DNA of 64,000 nt, taken from assembly GCF_018977255.1 (NCBI RefSeq), contig NW_024704744.1:372001-436000 (forward strand). Direction: 5' to 3'. The notes beneath the pieces are model-generated. The model was given only the letters and a program-made list of their open reading frames with translations, did not search any database and was not told the origin of the DNA. Below, piece by piece: positions 39,424-52,075 of this stretch. Positions within the stretch are counted from its first letter, which is position 1; each line of letters opens with the position of its first letter. The position numbers were made by a program, and so were the translations under genes. The stretch is from Callorhinchus milii. Lineage: Eukaryota.

Positions 39424-39560
39424 ACTTACACACGTGTGAGTGACGCGCGACGACGCCCCGAACGGCGTCCCCCCTCCAACCCCGGGGCCCCGCCCCCCCG
39501 GGCCATCGCCGACTCCCGTCACCAGCCAATCAGGGCCCGGCAACCGAGTGACGTCACATC
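39424..39560 (-). promoter_or_regulatory. CpG-rich promoter-like element with CRE, CCAAT and GC boxes and a downstream splice donor
   Basis: TGACGTCA 39549-39556, CCAAT 39526-39530, ccccgccccc 39488-39497, gtaagt donor on minus strand at 39429-39424; about 480 bp upstream of gene 2 ATG. Confidence 0.5.
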
Positions 39561-40429
39561 CGCCCGCCAGCCGACCCTGACCATCATCATCACCTTCATC
39601 ATCATCACCATCATCATCATTGCCATCATCATCACCTTCATCATCACCACCACCATCATCAACAAAGTGATCCATTCCCCCTTAATACCTCAATCGCTCT
39701 CCCCACCGTCACCCAACATACCTCCATCTCCTAATGCCCTTGGGAAGAAATTTCCCCCATCTCCCTCTCGGCTGCCTTGGAGTCATCTGAACTCCTTCCC
39801 CTCTGGCCTTCTTGCCACAATGACCTATCCTCCTCAGTCACTCTTCTCCACAGCTCCCTCTCCTTCACTCTCGATTCCCTCACTTTCCTCTCTTCCTGAA
39901 ACGTCTCCTACTCACGTAAGTCACCATGGTACACCAGCCACCTCACTCCCTTGAAGCACAGTTGGTGCTGCTGAGCGCACCTGACTTAAATCAAACTTAA
40001 TAGTCCATCGGAAGATCTGGCTGGACCTTATCAAATCCTACCGCTCCACCCTTGCCTCCATTAAATCGTCGCTCTATTCCAAGACAATCTTGGAGGCCAA
40101 GGACAACCCCAGGCTCCTCTTCTCCATCACCAACCGGCTCCTCCTCCCACCTTCTCACACCTTGCCCATCTTCACCTCCAATGCCAACTGAATGGGGGGG
40201 GGTCAGTGTATGGGGGGGAGGGGTCGATCACTGTCTGGGGGGTGAGCACTGTCTGGGGGGGGGCACTGTATTGGAGGGGTCACTGTGGGGGTCAGTGTGT
40301 GTGGGGTCAGTGGGGAGGGGAGGGGGTCAGTGTGTGGAGGGGTCAGTGTGGTGGCTGGAGCTGATGGATTTCTTGTTTTGAGGCATGGTCAGTATGGGGG
40401 GTTCAGTGTGTGGGAGGAAAGGCAAACGT

Positions 40430-40820
40430 TCATGAGACAGACAGAGAAGGTGAGAGGGAGGGAGACAAGGAGGTGATCCAGAGAGATAGAGAGGGAAGGA
40501 GATAGAGAGAGAGGCCGAGATAGAGAGAGAGAGGGGAGGGAGATAGAGAGGGGGAGGGTGATAGAGAGGAAGACAGATAGAAAGAGCAAGAAGAGGGGAG
40601 GGAGAGAGAGACAGTGGGGAAAGAGAGGGAGGGAGATAGATAGAGAGGGGGAAGGGGGTAATGGACAGTGAGGGGAGGAGATAGACAGAAAGAGAGGGAG
40701 GGAGATAGAGAGAGAGAGGAAGGGAGAGAGACAGACTGTCAGTGATCCAGAGAGATAGAGAGGGAGGGAGAGAGAGAGAGCAGAAGGGAGACAGAGGCAG
40801 AGGGGGAGGGAGGGAGGGTG
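40430..40820. repeat. GA-rich low-complexity tract
   Basis: direct reading. Confidence 0.85.
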
Positions 40821-41559
40821 CCTGAATACTGCTCGGCAGGTGGGGAGATCAAGGTGGAGCTGGTGGATTTCTTGTTTGAAATGATGTGGCTCACTATCTG
40901 GCCAGCGGCCAATCGTGACGGGGGGCACATTGTTTGGCGGTGGAAATGGTTGCTCTCCCGGCCAAGGCTCACTATCTGGCAGCGGCAGGATACAGTTGGT
41001 AAAGAGACCCGCTTGCTTTCCCTCCGGGTGGCAACGGCTGCTATTTTTTCCACTCCCCGCACATTGAGCTGCTGTAATGAGGGGATAGTTCGCCGGGGTG
41101 GGGGGGAGCAGGTGGTGGAAAGTTTCAAATGGCTCCCGGTTCCAGCCCGCGGGCCACCAATTGGACCATCCCTCTTTAGAGGATCTCTAATCCCTTTACC
41201 TTACCCCACCGTGCTTGTCATGGCGCCTTCTGCCACTTCACCATATCCTCACCGCACTGAGATCCATCACACCAGTCCTCGCCAGGCTCCATTGGTCCAT
41301 ATCACAGAACAGATTGACTTCAAAATCCTCACACTGAGTTTGAGGAGAGGCTCGTGTCATTATATCGCATTGGGGAGGCTGAAGAGTTCATGGATCAAAC
41401 GTATCAGGGGGTGATCACCCCACATCCACTGAGGGTTCATAAGGAGAGTGAGGGGGTGACCACCCGGAATGGTAGGAAGAAGGGACGGGCAGTGTAGAAA
41501 CCACGTGAGAGTGTGGCACTCTCTCTCCTGAATACTGGTCACGGTGATGGAACCTCTGG

Positions 41560-44500
41560 GGAGAGGAGTCAAAAGCAAATGGATGCTCAGGAGGACACAG
41601 GGAAGAGTGTCAATGCAATTGTCATTGGGACACAATGGTGAAGGGAGTAGACGGGCATTTCTGCAACCAAAGACGTGACTCGCATGGTATGTTTCCTCCC
41701 CGGTGCCAGGGTTGAAGATATTACAGAACGGGTGCAAAACATTCTACAGGGGGAAGGGGAACATCCAGACGATGCGGTCTATGTTGGGATACATTACGTA
41801 GAGAAAAAGAAATGAAGATCAGACTCAGGTGTCTTGGAGTGCATGTGCGTAAATGCACAGAGTGTGACATATAAGCTTGGTGATCTGCAGCTCAAGTTGC
41901 CACATGTGGTTATGATGTAGTGGCAATAAGGGAGACCTGTCTCAAACAAGGGCAGGAATGGGAGCTGAATATTCCAGGTTACGATGTATTCAGAAGGGAT
42001 AAGGAAAGTAAAAAAGGAGGGGATGGCAATATTGATTAAAGACACAATTGCAGCCCTGGAAAGGGACAATGTGCTAGAGAGTCCAAAAACGAAATCCATT
42101 TGGTTACAGTTCAGGAGCAGAAAAGGAGCTGTTACTCTGTTAGTGAAAACTATAGAGCACCAAAGAGTGGGAAGGAGATAGATAAGATAATCGGCAAGCA
42201 GATTTCAGAAAGTCGCAAAACCAATAGAGTAGTGATAATGGGGGACTTCACCTATCCTCACATAGACTGGCAAAATAACAGGGTAAAGGGCAAGGATGGG
42301 CAAGGATTCCTGAAATGTGTGCTGGATAACTTTCAGATCAGTATGTTTCCAGTCCAATGAGGAAGGAAGCAGTGCTGTGTCTAGTTCTGGGTAATGAAGT
42401 GGGGCAAGTGGAGCAGGTTTGATTAGGAGAGCATCTGGACAACAGTGACCACAACATCATTAGGCTTAGAGTACTTATGGACAGGGACAAGGAGCAATCA
42501 AAGGTGAAGATAGTCAACTGGAAGAGGCTAATATCAATGAATTAAAACGGGATGTAGCCAAGGTGGACTGGAAAGAAAGATTGACAGGTAAAACAGCTAA
42601 CGAGCAAAAGAAAGCTTCAAGGAGGAGATAGTCCCCAGATGAATAATGAAATTGGGGTTAAAATAAAACAGAAAAAGGCTTATGATAAATGTCAGATCCA
42701 AAAAACAGAAGATAATCAAATAGAATATACAAAGTACAGAGGAGAACTGAAAAAGGAAATAAGAGGTGCAAAGAGATTGTATGAAAAACATTAGTGGGTA
42801 ACATAAAGGGAACCCTGAGCTATTTTATAAGCATATAAAGAATAAAAGGTTAGTCAAAGGTATGGGGGGGTCCAATTAGGGACCAAAGAGGAAATCCTCT
42901 TGTGGAGGCAGAGGGCATGGCTGACGTACTGAATGAGGACCTTGCATCTGTCTTCATGAAAGAAGAGGATGCAGCCAATGGCACAGTATGGGAGGAAAGG
43001 GGAGAGAACTTGGATAAGATAAGAATAAACTGAGAGGAGGTACTAAAAAGGTTGATGGAACGTACTCCCGACATGAAAGGCGCAATACAGATGTAATCTT
43101 GTTGTTGTTGTTGATGGTGCTCAAGGTAGATAAGTTACCCGGTCCGGACGGGGTCTCACCCCTCACGCTGCTGAAACCCTGGTCCACGCCTTTGTCACCT
43201 CAAGGCTGGACTATGGGAACTCTCTCCTCGCCGGCCTTCCCGCCACCTCCCTCCACACTGCAGGTCATTCAGAACTCTGCAGCTCGTGTACTGTCCCGCA
43301 CCAGGTTTCGGGACCACATCACTCCCACCCTCGCTCGCCTCCACTGGCTCCCCATCCCCCAGAGGATTGATTTCAAGATCCTCATCCTCACCTACAAGGC
43401 CATTCACGGCCTTGCACCCTCCTACCTCTCCAACCTACTATCTCCCTACCTACCTGCCCGTACCCTCCGTTCCTCCGGCTCCGGTCTGCTTCACGTCCAC
43501 CGCCCCAATCGCGCTACCATCGGTGGTCAGGCCTTCAGCCTCTCAGCCCCCAGGCTCTGGAACGCTATCCCCCAGTGCCTTCGCCGCTTCCTCCCTTTCC
43601 TCCTTCAAGGCCGGTCTCAAGACCTTTCTCTTCGACCGAGCCTTCAGCTCCCCTCTCGACTCTCTTCCCCCTCTCGCTCCCTCCCTTCCCTCCCCTCACC
43701 CTGACCATTTCCCCCCTCTCGCTCCCTCCCTTCCCTCCCCTCACCCTGACCATTTCCCCCCTGCTCGGGTCATGACCCAACTGTGCAGCGCCTTGGGACG
43801 TCCTCCTGACGTGAAAGGCGCTTTATAAATGGAATCTTGTTGTTGTTGTTGTGGGGTCCATCCTAGGTTACTGAGGGAAGTAAGAATGGAAATAACGGAG
43901 GCTCTGACCACAATCTTTCAATCCTCCTTGGTGCCAGAGGACTGGAGGGTTGCAAATGTTACTCCCCTGTACAAAAAGGGGCAGAAGGATAAACCCGGAA
44001 ACTACAGGCCGGTCAGCCTAATGTCAGTATTGGGGAAACTTCAAAATTTTCACGTAGAAAAATATAGGTTAATAAAGGACAGCCAACACAGATTTGTTAA
44101 AGGCGAATCGTGTCTAACAAACCTTATAAGAGTTTTTTGATGAAGTAACAGAGAGTGGATGAAGGTGGTGCAGTTGATGTAGTTCATACGGATTTTCAAA
44201 AGGTGTTCAATAAAGTGCCACATAAGAGACTTGTAGCAAAATAGAAGCCCCCGGTATAAAAGGGACAGTGGCAGCGGATACAGAATTGGCTGGGAGACAG
44301 AAAGCACAGAGTGGTGGTGAACAGTGGAAGGAAGTGAGCAGTGGTGTCCCCCAGGGGGTCAGTATTGGGGCCACTGCTGTTTTTGATCTATATAAATGAC
44401 ATGGACTTGGGTATAGGAGGACAATTTCCAAGTTTGCAGATGATACTAAGCTGGAAAAGCAGTAAACAGTGCGGAGGATAGTAACAGACTGCAAATGGCC

Positions 44501-44850
44501 ATAGACAGACTGGTAACACGGGCAGACACGGGGCAGATGAAGTTTAATGTGTAGGAATACAAGTAATGCATTTTGGGATGAAGAATTAGGAGAGGCAATA
44601 TAAGCTGATGGTAGAATCAAAATGGGCTGAAGGAACAGAGAGACCTGGGGGGTTATATAAGTAAATGTTGGAAGGTGGCGGGGCAGAGAGATAAAGCTGT
44701 TAAAAAAAGCATACGGGATACTAGGTTTTATAAATAGGGGCATAGAATTCAAATGTCAGATGAACCTTTATAAAACACTAATTAGGCCTCAGCTGTAGAC
44801 TGTGTTCAGTTCTGGGCCCCACACTTTAGGAAGGATATTATTAGACCACC
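41560..44850 (+). mobile_element. CR1 LINE including ORF1 SGNH-esterase relic (about 41600-41800), endonuclease and RT; interrupted by L2 insertions
   Basis: VIVIGDTMVKGVDGHFCNQRRDSHG..DITERVQNILQGEGEHP matches the CR1 ORF1 esterase pattern; VIMGDFTYPHIDW; DKPGNYRPVSL. Confidence 0.82.
43145..43852 (+). mobile_element. Young 5'-truncated L2 inserted into CR1 with short TSD (ggggtc)
   Basis: CR1 frame PGPDG / HPRLLRE resumes across the insert; ggggtc on both sides. Confidence 0.85.
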
Positions 44851-46615
44851 AGACAGCGGGAAGGAGATAGAGGAGCAGATCTGCAACCAGATCGCGGATA
44901 GATGCAAAGCGAATAAAGTTGTGATAATGGGGGATTTCAATGATCCCAATATAGACTGACAAAATAGCAGCGCTAAGGGCAAGGCAGGAGAAAGATTCAT
45001 AAATGGTGTACAGGAAAATTATTTTGAGCAGTATGTCTCCAGTCCTACGAGGAAGGAAGCATTGCTGGATCTAGTCCTGGGGAATGAAGTAGGTCAGGTT
45101 GAACAGGTTTCGGTAGGGGAGCATCGAGGTAACAGTGACCATAATATTATTAGATTTAGATTACTCATGAACAGGGACAAAGTACAGTCAAGGGTGAAAA
45201 TGCTTGACTGGAAAAGGGCTAATTTTGATGGGCTAAAGAGAGACCTAGAGTTGGGGGACTGGCAAGTAAGACTAGCAGGTAAAACGACTCATGAGCAATG
45301 GGAGATCTTCAAAGATACGATAGCTCAGGGTCTAAATAGATATATTCCCACAAAAGGGAAATGTGCGACAACCAAGCCAGCCTGGATGACCAGGGATATT
45401 CTGTCTAGGATGAAAAAGAAGAAGACGGCGTACGACAATTGGAAGACGCAAGACACTGAGGATAGCAAAGCGCATTATAGAGAATGCAGGAGTGATCTTA
45501 AAAGAGTGATAAGACAGGCTAAAAGATCGCATGAGAAGAGGTTAGCGGGTAACATAAAGGGGAATCCTAAAATATTTTACAAGCACATAAAGGAAAAAAG
45601 GTTAGTTAAAGGTAGGGTGGGGCCAATCAAAGGCAATGACGGCCATCTTGTTGTGGAGGCAGAGGGATGGCTGATGTACTGAACGAGTACTTTGCATCTG
45701 TCTTCACAACGGAAACGGATGCCCCAAATGCCGCAGTATTGGATGAGAGGGTAGAGGACATAGATCAGATTACTATAGACAGAGAGGAAGTTCTGAAAAG
45801 ATTGACTGGGCTCAAAATTGATAAGTCACCAGGACCAGATGGGTTTCACCCAAGGTTGCTGTGGGAGATACGGGTTCAAATAGCGGAGGCTTTGGCCATT
45901 ATATTTCAATCTTCATTGGACACAGGAGTGGTGCCAAGAGACTGGAGAGTGGCTAATGTTACCCCCTCTACAAAAAGGGGCAGAAAGACAAACCCGGAAA
46001 TTACAGGCCAGTCAGCCTAACTTCGGTAATAGGAAAACTACTGGAGACCGTAATCCGGGACAGAATAAATCTCTACTTAGAGGAACACGAGGTAATTAGA
46101 GGCACCCAACATGGATTTGTTAAAGGCAAATCTTGCCTAACAAATCTAATAGAATTTTTTGAAGAGGTGACTGCGAGGGTTGATGAGGGAAATGCGGTGG
46201 ACGTTATTTACATGGATTTCAAAAAGGCTTTTGACACAGTTCCACATAAGAGATCTATAAAAAAAATTATAGGCTCACAGTATTAAGGGACAGTGGCAGT
46301 TTGGATTAGGAACTGACTGAGTGACAGAAAGCAGAGGGTGGTGGTTAATGGGTGTTTCTCGCAATGGAAGGAGGTGTGCAGCGGTGTCCCCCAGGGATCG
46401 GTATTGGGACCACTGCTCTTTCTAATATATATTAATGATCTGGACTTGGGCACAGGGAGCACTATTTCCAAGTTTGCAGATGATACCAAGTTAGGTCGGG
46501 AAGGAAATAGTGAGAGGACTGTAACCAACTGCAGGCAGACATACACAGAATGGTGGAATGGGCTGACATGTGGCAGATGGATTTCAATGTGGATAAGTGT
46601 GAGGTGATACACTTC
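44850..46615 (+). mobile_element. CR1 LINE ORF2 (endonuclease-RT), relatively intact
   Basis: [47 protein letters not shown]. Confidence 0.92.
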
Positions 46616-46616
46616 C

Positions 46617-46880
46617 AAGCAGAGGGCGAAACCTTGGGCAAGTTTCCTTACTCCACACAGAGCCTAATAATAATCCCTCCAAAAAACAAAAACAATAATT
46701 AAATTGGTCATTTTCAATTTATGACTGTTTGTGGGACATTGCTGTGCGCAATTGGCTGCCGCGTTCGCCCACAATAAACAGTCAACTCACTTTACAGTAT
46801 ATTCTGTGAAGCGCTTTGGGACGTCCTCCTGACGTGAAAAGCGCTATATCAAATGCAAGGATTATTATTATTATTATTAA
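46617..46880 (+). mobile_element. 5'-truncated SacSINE1-like SINE
   Basis: Deu core and tail. Confidence 0.85.
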
Positions 46881-47029
46881 TAGGGAGGAAAAATGATAGG
46901 AGGCAATATAGGTGGAATCAGCCCATTCCACCATTCTGTGTATGTCTGCCTGCAGTTGGTTACAGTCCTCCTCACTATTTACTACCTGATTTGAATCAGT
47001 GACTAAACAAATTGTCTGTGATCAGTGTA

Positions 47030-48740
47030 GGAATGTTCAACCCCTCTATAATCACCGTCATATCCTCCATGAAGCCCACCACCTGTTCCCTGGATCCCAA
47101 CCCCACCCCTCTCCTCAAATCTCAGCTCCATCTCTTTGCCCCACTACTTGCCAATATCATCAACCTCTCCCTGTCATCTGGCGCTGTTCCTTCCCTCCTC
47201 AAAACAGTCATTATCAACTCCACTTTGAAGAAATCTTCCCTCGATCCATCACAGCTATCCATCTACCGGCCCATCTCCAACCTCCATTTTCTGTCCAAGG
47301 TCCTTGAGAGAGCCGTCGCCTCCCAGCTTCACTCTTTCTTCTCCTCTCACACCCTCCATGAACCCCTCCAATTGGGTTTCCGTGCTGCCCACTGCACAGA
47401 AACTGCTCTGGTCAAGGTCACAAACGACATACTGACCATGTGTGACCAGGGCTCCCTCTGATTTCTCATCCTCCTCAACCTCTCCGCCGCCTTTGGCACC
47501 GTGGACCACTCAATTCTCCTCCACCGCCTCTCCTCCTACTTCAACCTTCAAGGTTCTGTCCTTGACTGGTTCACGTCGTCCCTTTCACACCGACTCCACC
47601 ACGTCTCAGCAAACGGCTTCTCCTCCACCCCCCGCACTGTCTTGTGCGGTGTTCCTCAGGACTCTGTCCTGGGTCCCCTCCTCTTCACCCTCTACATGCT
47701 CCCCCTTGGTGACATCATCTGCAGACGTAGGGTAAATTTCCAAATGTATGCGGATGACACCCAACTCTATATTTCTGCCTCCACCCTCAATTCCAGGACT
47801 ACTGGCGTCCTGGCCGATTGCCTGTCTGACATCAAGTCCTGGACGAGGGACTTTCTCCAGCTGAACTTTAGCATGACCGAGGTCCTCCTGATTGGCTCGT
47901 GCCAGCACCTCAGCACCTCGGGCACTCGCAGCATCAGCCTCCACGGTTGCACACTCAACCTCACTAAGCCAGTCAGGAACCTGGGAGTCTTGTTTGACCC
48001 TGAACTGTCCTTTCTCCCCCACATCTGCACCATGACCGGCTCTGCCTACCACCACTTCCGCAACATTGCCACTGCTTCACCCCTCAGGCTCCCCCTCACC
48101 CACACATTCGTCACCTCGAGGCTCAATTACGAAAACTCCCTCCTCATCGGCCTTCCCAACTCTTCTCTTCACAAGTTGCAGATCATCCAAAACTCTGCAG
48201 CTAATGCACTCTCTCACACCAGGCTCTGTGACCCCATCACTCCCACCCTCGCCCGACCCCATCTCTCCCACCCTCGCCCAACCCCATCACTGCCACGCTC
48301 GCCCGACTCCACTGGCTTCCCATCCCACAGAGGATTGAGTTCAAGATCCTCGTCCTCACTTTCAAGGCCATCCATGGCCTCTCTGACCTGCTGATTCCCT
48401 ACCAACCTGCCCGCGCCCTCCGTTCAGTGGGCTCTGGCCTGATCCATGCCTCCCGCCCAACCCGCCCTACCATCAATAGTCGAGCTTTCAGCCTCTCTGC
48501 CCCCACCCTCTGGAACTCCATCCCACAGTCCCTTCGCCTCTCTTCCTCCCTTTCCTCCTTCAAGGCTGATTTCAAGACCCTCCGCTTTGACCGTGCCTTC
48601 GGTCACACTCCCACCTCTCTGCCTTAGCTCAGCCCTACCCCACCCCTCCCCCATCCTCGAGTCCTGACTCCTGACTGTGCAACGCCTTGGGACGTCCTCC
48701 CGACGTGAAAGGCGCACTATAAATGTAATTTTGTTATTGT
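47030..48740 (+). mobile_element. L2 LINE RT to tail
   Basis: [21 protein letters not shown], tail. Confidence 0.9.
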
Positions 48741-48794
48741 TGATGTTGTTCCCTCCAGGCTGGACTGTAACTGACGGAGATTTTTCCCTTAAAG

Positions 48795-49123
48795 GTTCAG
48801 CTGATCCTCTCCTCATTCAGTCCCCGACCCTGGAACGTGTCGCAGAGGGACACCCGGCCCGGTTACAGTGCTCCATGGAGAACGCCAACGTGAGCCGCAC
48901 CGATGTACACTGGTACCGACAACTCCCGGGACAGCAGAGGGAGTGGATTTTAACACATGATACAAATGGCAGGAAAACAGATCACGAAGATGTTAATCAG
49001 CGTCTCCAGCCGTCCAGAGTCACCTCCAATAACACCTACATTCTGATACTCAGACGAGTGATAGTCAGTGACGCTGCCGTCTATCTGTTCATTGCACCAA
49101 AACATGGGAGAGATTCAGAGTAG
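48795..49123 (+). pseudogene. Inverted V2-type exon truncated at DAAVY (lacks second Cys and J segment)
   Basis: ttaaag acceptor, near-identity to 29441-29785 up to 49085, then joins sequence homologous to 28660 downward; stop at 49121-49123. Confidence 0.85.
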
Positions 49124-49131
49124 TAATGTAT

Positions 49132-49700
49132 TCATAGATTCATAGAATGTTACGGCACAGAAGGAGGCCATTCGGCCCATCGAGTCTGTGCGGCTCTTTG
49201 ACAGAGCGTCACTCTCACTGACCCCAATCACCAGCTTTCTCCCCATAACCCCACAAACCTGTCTTCCCCGATACCTGTCCAGTTCTCTCTTAAAAGCTGT
49301 TATCGAATCGGACTTCACTGCCCTTTCGGGCGGATCATTCCAAATTCCAACAACTCGCTGAGTGAAAACATTTCTTCTAACCCTCCCCTCTGCTTCTTTT
49401 GGTGATATCTTCAGACTGTGACCGTGGGTCACAGACACACTGACCAGCGGAAACAGGTTGTCCGTAACCTTCTCTGTAACCTGCTCTAATGGGAAACGTC
49501 CTACCTTCTCCCGCCTGTCCTCGTAGATAAAGTTCCCCATTCCTGGTATCATTCTCGTGAATCTCCTCTGCACCCTTTCCAGTGCCTTAATGTCCTTCCT
49601 GAGGTACGGTGCCCAGAACTGGACACAGTACTCCAACTGAGGCCTAACCAGTGTTTTGTACAGATTAACCATAACCCCTACTCTTATACTCTATGCCCTA
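49132..49700 (-). mobile_element. CR1 LINE 3' end
   Basis: RPQLEYCVQFWAPYLRKDIKALERVQRRFTRMIPG; ttcatagattcatagaa terminus. Confidence 0.9.
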
Positions 49701-49859
49701 CTAATAAGGTGAGTCCTGTAGCTCAGTGGTTAGAGCACTCGCTTTGCTGATCGTAACACCCTGACCATTTCCCTCCTGCTCGGGTCCCGACCCAACTGTA
49801 CAGCGCTTTGGGACGTCCTCCCGACATGAAAGGCGCTTTATAATGAAATCTTGTTGTTG

Positions 49860-50250
49860 TCTCTCTCGCGCACGAGGCTCTGTGACCCCATCACTCCCAC
49901 CCTCGCCCGACCCCATCACTCCCACCCTCGCCCGACTCCACTGGCTCCCCATCCCCCAGAAGATCGAGTTCAAGATCCTCGTCCTCACTTTCAAGGCCAT
50001 CCATGGCCTCGCCCCCTCCTACCTCTCTCCCACCAACCTGCCCGCTCCCTCCGTTTGTCAGGCTCCGGCCTGCTCCATGGTTCCCGCCCGCCCTGCCCTA
50101 ACATCGTGCCTTTGGTCTCCCTCCCACTTCTCCGCCTTCCCTCACCCCTACACCACCCCTCCCCCATTTTCGGGCCCCGACACCTGACTGTTCAGCACTT
50201 TGGGACGACCTCCCGACGTGAAAGGCGCTCTATAAATGTAATTTTGTTGT
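49860..50250 (+). mobile_element. L2 3' end
   Basis: RLHWLPIPQKIEFKIL and tail. Confidence 0.85.
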
Positions 50251-50689
50251 AATGTGTCACTAACTGTGACTAATGTGTTATTAACTGAGATGAATGACAA
50301 AGAGAGAGTGAGAAGACAGAATGAGAAAGAGAGAGCGAAAGAGAGAGCAAAAGTGAGAGAGAGATAGAGAATGAGAAAGAGAGAGAGCAACAGGGAGAGC
50401 TTGAAAGTACATAGATAGGCACATGAGGGAGAAATGAATAGAAAGTTATGGTCGAAGGCTTAGTTGAGGAAGGTCAGGAGGAGGCTCATATGAAGCATAA
50501 ACACCGGCAAAGACCAGTGGACTGTTGGATTGTTTTTGTGCTGTATATTCTAATGTATTCTAATGTAATATATTCTAATGAACCTACATACACAATTCTC
50601 CTATTGCTGTAACTACATAATAAATTTTAATGTATTTATATTTTATATTTAATTATAATTGTGCTACAACTAGGTTCACAACATCTATA

Positions 50690-50960
50690 CAGTCTGATGT
50701 TAACAGTGACATCTCTATATAGTCTGATATTAACAGTGACACCTCTATATAGTCTGATATTAACAGTGACATCTCTATACACTCTGATATTAACAGTGAC
50801 ACCTCTATATAGTCTGATATTAACAGTGACATCTCTATACACTCTGATATTAACAGTGACACCTCTATATAGTCTGATATTAACACTGACACCTCTATAC
50901 AGTCTTATATTAACAGTGACATCTCTATACAGTCTGATATTAACAGTGACATCTCTATAA
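50690..50960. repeat. Second, unrelated 30-bp minisatellite (TAACAGTGACACCTCTATATAGTCTGATAT)n
   Basis: about 9 units. Confidence 0.93.
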
Positions 50961-51730
50961 AAATAATACTTGCATTTGATATAGTGCCTTGTCATGTCTT
51001 TGAGATGTTTCAAAGCATTTCAGAGAATACACAGTCACTCTACTATACCCGTTTCACCGGGCAGGTTTCCTTACTCCACCCGTATGTTTACCAAGCAGTA
51101 AGTAGGAACTCGTTTATTAGTCGATTGCGGATCACTTTCCGGGGATAATAATTCCTTCAAAAAATATAATAATGATTTGGTCACTCAACCCATGAGTGTT
51201 TGTGGGACACTGATATGTGCAATCGGCTGCCGTGTGTCACCCACAAAATATAGTCAATTCACTATCATACATTTGACATGTTAGGCGCTATATCAAATGC
51301 AAGAATTATTATTATACAGGATTATTATTATAAGTTATTATTGTTATATTTCGATAACAGCTTTTAAGAGAGAACTGGACAGGTATCGGGGGAAGACGGG
51401 TTTGTGGGGTTATGGGGAGAAAGCTGGTGATTGGGGTCAGTGAGAGTGACGCTCTGTCAAAGAGCCGCACAGACTCAATGGGCTGAACGGCCTCCTATGC
51501 TGTAACATTCAATGAATCTATAAGCACTCTGAGACGCTACCTTGCATGGGGAGTGCTATATAAAGGCAAGTTGTTATTACTATATAATCTGTGAAGTGCT
51601 TTGAGGTGCCTCGAAGACGTGATGAAGCGATATATCAAATGCAAGGATTACTATTATCAAGTTTGACATCTCGCCTTCAGTGTGGATTAGTTCAGGTGAA
51701 ACATGGAGTCACACAGACAGAACTGTTTCT

Positions 51731-51828
51731 TTACAAATCACACATCTTGTAGAGGAAAAAACCTGCTCCAATAAGGGCCAAGAGTCCCAAAAGTATCCCA
51801 ATGGAGAGCCAGTACTGTTCTCTGTTCC
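51731..51828 (-). CDS. Gene 1 exon 5: transmembrane exon with very short tail: GNREQYWLSIGILLGLLALIGAGFFLYKMCDL*
   Basis: pyrimidine tract plus cacag acceptor, phase 1 matching V2, about 21 hydrophobic residues, TAA at 51731-51733. Confidence 0.8.
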
Positions 51829-51944
51829 CTGTGTCCAGGCAATGTGGAGAGAATGAGAGAATCAGAGCTTCACAACAACTGACATTTACACAGTGCCTCA
51901 CATGTAAACAAACACAAAACAAGATACAATACAATACAGGCTGT

Positions 51945-52075
51945 GTAACTCCACAGTGAGAGTTTAGGGAGTGTATCTACACACAGTGTGAGTTTAGGGT
52001 GTGTACCTACACACAGTGAGAGTTTAGGGTGTGTACCTACACACAGTGAGAGTTTAGTGTGTGTACCTACACAAA
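51945..52075. repeat. 30-bp minisatellite, short array after gene 1 V2 exon
   Basis: about 4 units. Confidence 0.9.

Noticed and set aside
45062-46607. Intact active CR1 ORF2
   Set aside because: The frame is split by shifts near 45670 and 46010 and the element is truncated by a SINE at 46617.
50690-50960. Second 30-bp array as a relative of the V-intron minisatellite
   Set aside because: Only ACAGTGA and the period are shared; the rest does not align.
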